Part shown: positions 26,698 to 33,188 of the stretch, piece by piece
Layout: each line of letters starts with the position of its first letter
Numbering within the stretch: position 1 is the stretch's first letter
From: Planctomycetota bacterium
GTDB lineage: Bacteria > Planctomycetota > UBA1135
Length of the DNA stretch: 33,188 bases
Reading direction: 5' to 3'
NCBI GenBank assembly: GCA_045047305.1
Contig: JASFYO010000009.1
Coordinates: forward strand, 1 to 33,188
The notes under the pieces: model-generated
What the model was told of the DNA's origin: nothing
Database searches by the model: none
The model's input: the letters and a program-made list of their open reading frames with translations, nothing else
Position numbers and translations under genes: made by a program

Positions 26698-26710
26698 AGC
26701 GCAGCTGCGC

Positions 26711-27382
26711 TTAATCCAGTAGCGCAATCACTTCTGCAATCGAAGCGAGAGTGATATCGGCTAAGGCGCTTTCAGTAGTTGGGTGGCTCGCGCACGGCAC
26801 GCAGGCAGTGAAGCATCCGGCAGCCTTGGCAGCACGGATACCCACTCCAGAATCTTCCACTGCAATGCAGCTTTTGGGGTCTACTTCTAAGGCAAGAGCT
26901 GCTTCGAGATAAACATCTGGAAACGGCTTGCCGCGGTCAGGTCCGACATCTTCATGACCGGAGCGCCGAATCGGGAGTGCTTGCGCCAACCCGGCTGCTT
27001 CCAAGCCTGCAGCGATTTGTCCACGCGGTGCCGCCGACGCAACTGCCATCGGGATTTGCCGTTGGTTTGCAGCTTGCAAAAGGTCGAGAACACCTGGCAG
27101 TGCTTCTATGCTGGTAGCTTGCAAAATCCGCACATACTCCTCGGTGCGACGTTCCGCCAAGCGGGCCGCGTTATGAGGTATGTCAAATCTGTCGCACAAA
27201 GCATTCCAGAAAGGAACGTCGGAGAAGCCGATGAATGGAGCGAAGTCTTCTGCCGAAAGATGCACATTCCACTCGGCCAAAACCGCCAAAGTACTTTCGT
27301 AATGAAACTGCTCGGTGTCGACCAGGGTGCCATCAAGATCAAGCAGGAGACCGGCAACAGGAGAGGGGGGCGAGGCAGACAT
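26711..27382 (-). CDS. HAD-superfamily phosphatase (beta-phosphoglucomutase/CbbY-like)
   Basis: DLDGTLVDTE, ALPG, VASA, GKPFPDVY, VEDSGVG. ATG 27382 is the plausible start. Confidence 0.9.
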   Translation of the reverse strand: MSASPPSPVAGLLLDLDGTLVDTEQFHYESTLAVLAEWNVHLSAEDFAPFIGFSDVPFWNALCDRFDIPHNAARLAERRTEEYVRILQATSIEALPGVLDLLQAANQRQIPMAVASAAPRGQIAAGLEAAGLAQALPIRRSGHEDVGPDRGKPFPDVYLEAALALEVDPKSCIAVEDSGVGIRAAKAAGCFTACVPCASHPTTESALADITLASIAEVIALLD

Positions 27383-28588
27383 TTTGCAGCTTGGATTGTC
27401 GTCGTGCTGTCCGCCTGTGCAAGCCCGCAAAGAGACCGCGCGGCCGCGACATCCGATTCGCCAGTAGCCTTGATTCCCCTGCAGCTGGAGCTGCCGCCGC
27501 GTTACGAGGCTTGGCGTAAACCACTGCTGCAAGAGTGGGCGCAGATGACGCAACGCTTTCCCGAGGTGGCCGCACGTTGGCCACGCAACTTGGAGATGCA
27601 GAAACTCGTGCTGCGCGTGGTGGTGCCTGCAGACACCGAAGCAGCGATTGCGTTCTATCAAACCGCCCAGCTTGATGGCGACCCCAGTGTGCCGCGGACC
27701 TTTCCGAACCTAGGTTTGGCAGTGGTTCCTTTGCCCCGCAACGATGCATTGATTGCAGCTTTGCCCGCACCGCTGGAAACATGGAAACATGGATTCCGCC
27801 ATGAGTGCGCGCATCTATTGAGTTTGGACCGCCCTGGCTTACGCGCTTCCCCAAGTTGGTTTCAGGAAGGCTTTGCTGAGTTGTGGTGTGCTTCGGGTGC
27901 AGGAGAGGGCGGGCAGTTGTTGGATTTACCGCATGCCTGGCCCTTTTGGGGGAGTATGCACCGCTGGTGGAGAGATACAGGGGGCGGCCCTCCAGAAATC
28001 GTTTACAACCGATCGGCAGCATGGGTTGCAGAAGCATTGCAGAAGGATTCCGGGCCGACGCCTTGGCCGCACATGCCGCGGAGCCCGCAGTATGCAGAGG
28101 CCGGGACCGACTTTGTGGGATTACGCGGGCGCCATGCTGACTGGAACGTCGCATCTGGCCGTTATCTGTTAGCGGCTCGCCCTGGGCAGCAGGTGGATTT
28201 AGATTTGCCTCAGACTTGGGATGGGGAAGAATCTTTGCAGCTCATCATGCAGGTCGGTCGCAGTGCCGGGGACCCTGAAGCTGGCGTGGTCTTGTTCGGT
28301 TCTGGCGTTAGCGAGACCCGTATAAGACTCCGCTACGGTCTCGGTGGTGGATTTACAGCCTATATAGAAAATGGCACGGCTGCTGGGTTTGAAACTTTTG
28401 CGGTCCCCAATGAACGCGACTCGGTTGGAGTCGCACGGACTGCAACTCTGCGTTTGCAAGACGGAAAATTAGTCGTCGCGATGTTGAATTTTGAACGATT
28501 TTTCGACCTTGGAAAACTAAACCTGCATCCGCCATTCCAGCTGCGTATGGTGGTGCGAGATGGAGCTTTTTTGCTCTACACAAAATGA
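27302..28588 (+). CDS. Putative lipoprotein with gluzincin-like Zn-metallopeptidase motif; start uncertain
   Basis: Lipobox LSAC; RHECAH (HExxH) plus WFQEGFAE downstream Glu; C-terminal beta-rich domain; ATGA overlap with sppA. Confidence 0.65.
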   Translation: MKLLGVDQGAIKIKQETGNRRGGRGRHFAAWIVVVLSACASPQRDRAAATSDSPVALIPLQLELPPRYEAWRKPLLQEWAQMTQRFPEVAARWPRNLEMQKLVLRVVVPADTEAAIAFYQTAQLDGDPSVPRTFPNLGLAVVPLPRNDALIAALPAPLETWKHGFRHECAHLLSLDRPGLRASPSWFQEGFAELWCASGAGEGGQLLDLPHAWPFWGSMHRWWRDTGGGPPEIVYNRSAAWVAEALQKDSGPTPWPHMPRSPQYAEAGTDFVGLRGRHADWNVASGRYLLAARPGQQVDLDLPQTWDGEESLQLIMQVGRSAGDPEAGVVLFGSGVSETRIRLRYGLGGGFTAYIENGTAAGFETFAVPNERDSVGVARTATLRLQDGKLVVAMLNFERFFDLGKLNLHPPFQLRMVVRDGAFLLYTK

Positions 28589-30342
28589 ACGAATTCCTCA
28601 AAACTACCCTCGCTAGCGTCATCGGATTGCTGCTTGCGCTGGGTATTCTTTTCACGATTTTCACCAGCTATTTCGTTGCGGATCCCTTGCCGGATATCCC
28701 TGACAGCTGTGTTCTGATTTTGGATGATAGCCTGGTTACCTCTGAGGCTGGCTCCACTCCATCCCTCATGGGCTGGGCAACCGATCAGGAGCAGGCCAGT
28801 CTGCCCTTGCGCAAGGTCATTCAAGGCATTCGCGTTGCCGCCACCGATGGTCGCATTCAAGCCATCCTGTTGCTCAACGAAGGTCAGTACCACGGGATGA
28901 CGGCACGTAAGGAATTGCAGCAAGCGCTCATGAGTTTTCGTGAAACGGGTAAGAAGGTGTATGCTTATGCAGCGGATTATGCACAGAGCGGATATTACTT
29001 AGCGTCGGTCGCCAATCCCGTGGTCATGCCGCCACTAGGGATTTTCGACATGAAGGGTTTCGCCGCAGAAGTGGAGTATTATGCCGATGCCATGCAGTCG
29101 CTTGGCGTAGAGATGCAAGTGACGCGTGTGGGCAAATACAAGTCTGCCGTCGAACCGTTTTTGCTAAGTGCAAGCAGCGAGGCCAATCGCGAGCAAATGA
29201 TGAACTTGCTTACGGAAATCCAATCCACGTTTCTGTACGACGTCGGTAAAGCGCGTGGCCTAAGCGAGGAGACTCTGCAATTGGTGGTGGCAAATGGAGG
29301 TCTGCTTTCGGCCGACCAAGCCAAGCAAGCTGGCTTGATTGATCAGGTGGCTTACTACGATCAAATGTTGCAGGAGCTGGCGGATCTTGTCGGCGGCGGA
29401 AATGAGGACGAAGGCTTCGCCCAAGTTGGATTGCATCGTTACCTTGCGGAAATGGATGCCCCCGACGATGCGCAAAACGGCCCCGTCATCGCGGTGGTGT
29501 ATGCCGAAGGTGAAATCGTCGACGGCTATCCTGAGGATGGCATCGGCGGCGATGCCTTGGCCGAACAACTGCGTTCTGTACGCTTAGATCCGTATTTCAG
29601 TGGTGTGGTGTTGCGCGTAAACAGCCCTGGCGGAAGTGCGACCGCAAGCGAGGTCATCTTGCGTGAAATGCAGCTATTGAAGCAGGCAGGCAAGCCGGTG
29701 GTCGTCTCTATGGGGCCGGTCGCAGCCAGTGGTGGCTATTGGATTTCCTGCCAAGCCGATGTCATCCTCGCCGAGCCGAACACCATCACCGGTTCGATTG
29801 GGGTGTTTGGCATGTTCCCGAATATCGAGGGATTGCTGGATGAAGTGGGAGTCAACGTAGAGGTGTTCAAGACCGGCCCTCATGCCGATTTGTTTTCGCT
29901 CTACCATCACAAATCCGGGCAACAGATGGCAGTCATGCAAACTTATGTCGACAACATCTACCAAGGCTTTCTCGACCGCGTTGCACAAGGCCGCAACATG
30001 GACCGTGATGCCGTGCATGAAATCGCGCAGGGACGCGTGTGGACTGGATCCCGTGCCATGGAGCTTGGCTTAGTCGATGGGCTCGGCGATTTAGATTCTG
30101 CGATTGCCAGCTGTGCCGGTCTTATCGGCACCGAAGAATGGCAGGTCGATTACTTGGAAGAGGAGTTGGAAGGCATCGAGCTCTTCTTAGAAGGACTGAT
30201 GGCTGCGGAGGATTACCCCGCGGTTCAACTCGGCATGCCGCAAGAAGTCCAGTCGTTGTGGCATGGTCTACAAACCTTCCGTGGCTATGCGCAAAGCCCT
30301 GGTGTTTATGCGCGCTTGCCATTTGCTTTGAATATTCACTGA
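28585..30342 (+). CDS. sppA: Signal peptide peptidase SppA (67K type)
   Basis: RVGKYKSAVEPF, RVNSPGGS, SMGPVAASGGYW, TGSIGVFG, AQGRVWTG; N-terminal TM. Confidence 0.95.
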   Translation: MNEFLKTTLASVIGLLLALGILFTIFTSYFVADPLPDIPDSCVLILDDSLVTSEAGSTPSLMGWATDQEQASLPLRKVIQGIRVAATDGRIQAILLLNEGQYHGMTARKELQQALMSFRETGKKVYAYAADYAQSGYYLASVANPVVMPPLGIFDMKGFAAEVEYYADAMQSLGVEMQVTRVGKYKSAVEPFLLSASSEANREQMMNLLTEIQSTFLYDVGKARGLSEETLQLVVANGGLLSADQAKQAGLIDQVAYYDQMLQELADLVGGGNEDEGFAQVGLHRYLAEMDAPDDAQNGPVIAVVYAEGEIVDGYPEDGIGGDALAEQLRSVRLDPYFSGVVLRVNSPGGSATASEVILREMQLLKQAGKPVVVSMGPVAASGGYWISCQADVILAEPNTITGSIGVFGMFPNIEGLLDEVGVNVEVFKTGPHADLFSLYHHKSGQQMAVMQTYVDNIYQGFLDRVAQGRNMDRDAVHEIAQGRVWTGSRAMELGLVDGLGDLDSAIASCAGLIGTEEWQVDYLEEELEGIELFLEGLMAAEDYPAVQLGMPQEVQSLWHGLQTFRGYAQSPGVYARLPFALNIH

Positions 30343-30447
30343 GTTCTTGAAAGTGTGATTAAACCCCGTAACCGCTCTCGAATAGGTGGTATAGTCAATC
30401 ACCTCTATCCCTCTTTCTTTTAACCTGTGCCCCACGGCAGAAATAAA

Positions 30448-31490
30448 ATGAGACTTCTTCGCTCTTCGCTCTTCGCTCTTCGCTCTTCGCTCTTGTAGCT
30501 TTTTTCTTTGCGTCAAACCTTGATGCACAAATAGTTTATGTTGATTCTACCGTGCCCTCCGGAGGCGCCGGGACAGAGGCCAGCCCCTATCGCTCACTCA
30601 CCTATGCTTTAACATTGAGGAGCATGATTACAGGCCCTGCCGAATACCGGATTGCTGGAAATGGCCCATCCGCTCCATACACCAACGTTGGTTTGGGCTT
30701 AGATATTGGTCCAGATACGGCTGGGCATGGTTTGTATGCGACGATCCTGGACAGCGTGTTCGAGTTAGAGGCTCATCGTTCCGTTTTTTCTGGAAATCAC
30801 TCCGGTGGTTTGAGTTTACTGTTTCGGAGTGGCGAAGGTGGGCGTGCAGAGCGATTGGAACTAACCAACTCCACCTTTTCCGGGAATCTTGGAATTGCTC
30901 CCACAGTGGTCGCAGGAGGATATCCGATTGATACTAGCCCGATAGCAGTTGTGATTGATGACCCATTTGATGCGACTACTTTGCAGGTTTTACTTTCCCA
31001 AGTATCGGTCACAGATAACCCTTCGGCTTATGCTGTGGCTCTTTTCGGTTCAGACCTTACCAACCAGGACAATGTCTTTGCCGCCGGCTCCGTGATTGAG
31101 AATTGTGTGCTTAATTTAAACGGGCTCACCTCAGCGGGAGGAACTTTTTCCGACCAGGCGTATTTCCCAACGCCCCCCATGCCAGGTTTTACCAACAAAT
31201 GGAACGACCTTTTTGATGCCACCTTTAACAGTAATCTTGGCCGACTCAATCCAATCGTCTTGCCAGCCTACATCGTGGCTCAACAAAACTTTTACGATAT
31301 CCCAACCTTTAGTGCTTTCTCCTTGTTTGGACAGGCTGCTGGTCTCGTTTTCCCGGCAGACGCAACGCTGGTGGATCGGGGGAGAATGCCAATAATCGCT
31401 ACGGAAGCAACCGACAATCGGGGCCCAGGCAACCCAAGGCCGCTTCCGCCCCTTCTCCTCTTCGACGTAGGCTCCTTTGAAACCCAATAA
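30448..31490 (+). pseudogene. Secreted DUF1565/beta-helix-like protein frameshifted within a tandem repeat in its signal peptide
   Basis: ATG 30448 hits TAG at 30496-30498. The other frame reads ...LFALVAFFFASNLDA|QIVYVDSTVPSGGAGTEASPYRSL... to 31490. The C-terminus (VDRG...TDNRG...PR...DVGSFE) resembles a choice-of-anchor-Q-type ending. Confidence 0.7.
30456..30494 (+). repeat. Perfect heptamer tandem repeat (TCTTCGC)5 + TCTT
   Basis: Read directly; units start at 30456, 30463, 30470, 30477 and 30484. Confidence 0.97.
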
Positions 31491-31542
31491 GACGGACCGA
31501 GTACCCTTCCATCCACAAGACAGACCTGACTGAGCAAACACC

Positions 31543-33188
31543 ATGAACACATTCCGCTTTCCTATTTCCCTTGCCGTTCTTGCCCTTACAGGTGCCGCAT
31601 CCGCACAAACCGTTGGTGGGGGTTGGGACACACTTGGCCAAATCGATGGGGAAATGGATGGTGATTCCCTTGGCACCTCGATGGATCTTGGCCCCGATAT
31701 AGACGGCGACGGTTTCCCCGAAATCGTCGCCGGCCTCGGTTGGCGCTATGACGCACAAAGCCAACTTGTCGGAGGGGTGCAATTGCTTTCTGGGCGCACC
31801 GGGGCGCGCCTGTGGTCCTATATTCCAGTCAGTGGCCCTGTTTTTGGATCACAAGCTGGAATGGTGGTTTCTTTTGTGCCAGACCTAAATGGTGATGGCG
31901 TCGTCGACGTCATTAGTGGCTCGTATCTAGCGAACGATTGGGAGGGGAAGGTGATTGTCTTAAGCGGGCGCGATGGAAGTGTCATTCGTGAGCATGATGG
32001 TGAGCGGAGCCTTTTTCACGGAAACGGTGAAAGGTGGGGAGCCGCTGTTCTTGGAGTACCAGATATGAACGGTGATGGTGCCGGAGACTATGTGGTTGGG
32101 GGGCCGTCTCATGAAGGCCCGAGTGGCGAGCGTATCGCTGGCAGAGTGGTTTGCTTTTCGGGTTTGACCGGCATGATGCTCTGGGAGAAGATAGGGTTAA
32201 ATTTTTCTGATGGTATCGGTGAAATTTTGACCATCGGCCCAGATCTGAATGGCGACGGCAGGCTGGAAATCCTGGTGAGCACCTCGATCGATCCACCAGG
32301 TTTCCTTCGAGTTGGAACAGCTCTTTTACTTGATGGCCGCAATGGAAACACCCTTCGGTCTTACCAACCATCGGTGATTTCTGATGACCACCTGTTTTCA
32401 ACATCTCTGGCGACGATCGAAGATATGGATGGTGATTCCTTGGTCGATTTTGTTGTGGGAGCTCCAGGAGATTTCGGTAAATTGGGATATGTAACACTAA
32501 TTTCCAGCGCAACTGGGAACGAAATTTGGACTTATACAGGTGATGACCCCTATTATTTGCTTGGGCAAAAAGTTTTCGTGGTGGATGACCTCAATCAAGA
32601 TGGGGTGCAGGATGTCATTGTCTATGAACCAGGCAATCGTACAGCGGGAGTGGAAAGTGAAAACCCACTCCATGTCATCTCGGGCTTAACTGGTGAGAGG
32701 CTTTGGTTTCTCGGCCCTGACGGAGGATTTGGAAGTTTATTTTATGGCGTTTCCATCCTCGCCTTTGACCGGGCTGGTGACAGTATCCCGGAACTTTTTG
32801 TTGGGCAAGCTGGGAGTGGCCCGGACCCTTACACCAGCCTCGGCCGCATCCAAGTGCGCAACTATTCGCCATTCCTTTCCACAACCAGCCCGAGTCTCTC
32901 AGCCTCGGCCGCCACACCTTTACGCTTTGAGTTGGATTTCCCTAACTCTGAGGCCGGCCACACCTATCGCATCATGGCTTCGGCTGCGGGGATAGGAACT
33001 ACAGTTCTTGGTGGACTTGCCATCCCGTTGGTGAACGACAGTTACTTCCAGCAAACTCTTGTTGCGCCGCCTCAGGTTTTTCAAGGCCGGCTCAATGCTT
33101 CCGGAGATTTATCGGTGCAAATGAACTTTTCTACAGCATCCCTAACTCCGTTGATTGGAACTACCATGCAGTTTGCCGCGATTTCAAA
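31543..33188 (+). CDS. Secreted FG-GAP (integrin-alpha-like) 7-bladed beta-propeller with C-terminal domain; runs off the 3' end; absent from the ORF track
   Basis: Hand translation: MNTFRFPISLAVLALTGAASA|Q; seven Ca-loop motifs DIDGDG, DLNGDG, DMNGDG, DLNGDG, DMDGDS, DLNQDG, DRAGDS; VVGAP. No stop before 33188. Confidence 0.9.
   Translation, partial: MNTFRFPISLAVLALTGAASAQTVGGGWDTLGQIDGEMDGDSLGTSMDLGPDIDGDGFPEIVAGLGWRYDAQSQLVGGVQLLSGRTGARLWSYIPVSGPVFGSQAGMVVSFVPDLNGDGVVDVISGSYLANDWEGKVIVLSGRDGSVIREHDGERSLFHGNGERWGAAVLGVPDMNGDGAGDYVVGGPSHEGPSGERIAGRVVCFSGLTGMMLWEKIGLNFSDGIGEILTIGPDLNGDGRLEILVSTSIDPPGFLRVGTALLLDGRNGNTLRSYQPSVISDDHLFSTSLATIEDMDGDSLVDFVVGAPGDFGKLGYVTLISSATGNEIWTYTGDDPYYLLGQKVFVVDDLNQDGVQDVIVYEPGNRTAGVESENPLHVISGLTGERLWFLGPDGGFGSLFYGVSILAFDRAGDSIPELFVGQAGSGPDPYTSLGRIQVRNYSPFLSTTSPSLSASAATPLRFELDFPNSEAGHTYRIMASAAGIGTTVLGGLAIPLVNDSYFQQTLVAPPQVFQGRLNASGDLSVQMNFSTASLTPLIGTTMQFAAIS

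Noticed and set aside
26954..27661. Long N-terminal extensions of the 544-aa (+) and 316-aa (-) ORFs
   Set aside because: Each extension is the antisense of the other gene's conserved region. Motifs place the real starts near 27302 and 27382.
30456..30494. CRISPR or mobile-element end at the heptamer repeat
   Set aside because: Contiguous 7-mers without spacers; no cas gene or transposase in the window.

Overview
A gene-dense bacterial chromosome segment, probably from a Planctomycetota-like organism (inferred from gene content only). It holds about 27 CDSs; I saw no RNA genes, CRISPR array or mobile elements. The main candidate for an undescribed system spans 9067-20815. It encodes PAPS synthesis (sat, cysC) but no recognisable PAPS sulfotransferase or reductase. 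Instead it has a Thr-nucleophile sulfatase-fold protein between sat and cysC, three paralogous alkaline-phosphatase-superfamily (COG3379-like) enzymes with three different membrane topologies, three small proteins ending in an L-x-x-L-G-Y tail (two cytoplasmic ribbon-helix-helix proteins and one exported lipoprotein), and a DUF106/EMC3/TMCO1-like membrane protein. My hypothesis, which is inference, is a tyrosine-carrier relay that moves activated sulfate across the membrane for extracytoplasmic sulfation. Other notable points: a THUMP-less archaeal/eukaryal-type Pus10 in a bacterial context; a (TCTTCGC)5 repeat that frameshifts the signal peptide of a secreted protein (possible phase variation); a C-terminal domain shared by two unrelated secreted beta-propellers; and repeated leaderless-type promoters. 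Housekeeping genes include lgt, a fabZ-like dehydratase, a MATE transporter, a DAACS symporter, lon, a HAD phosphatase and sppA.
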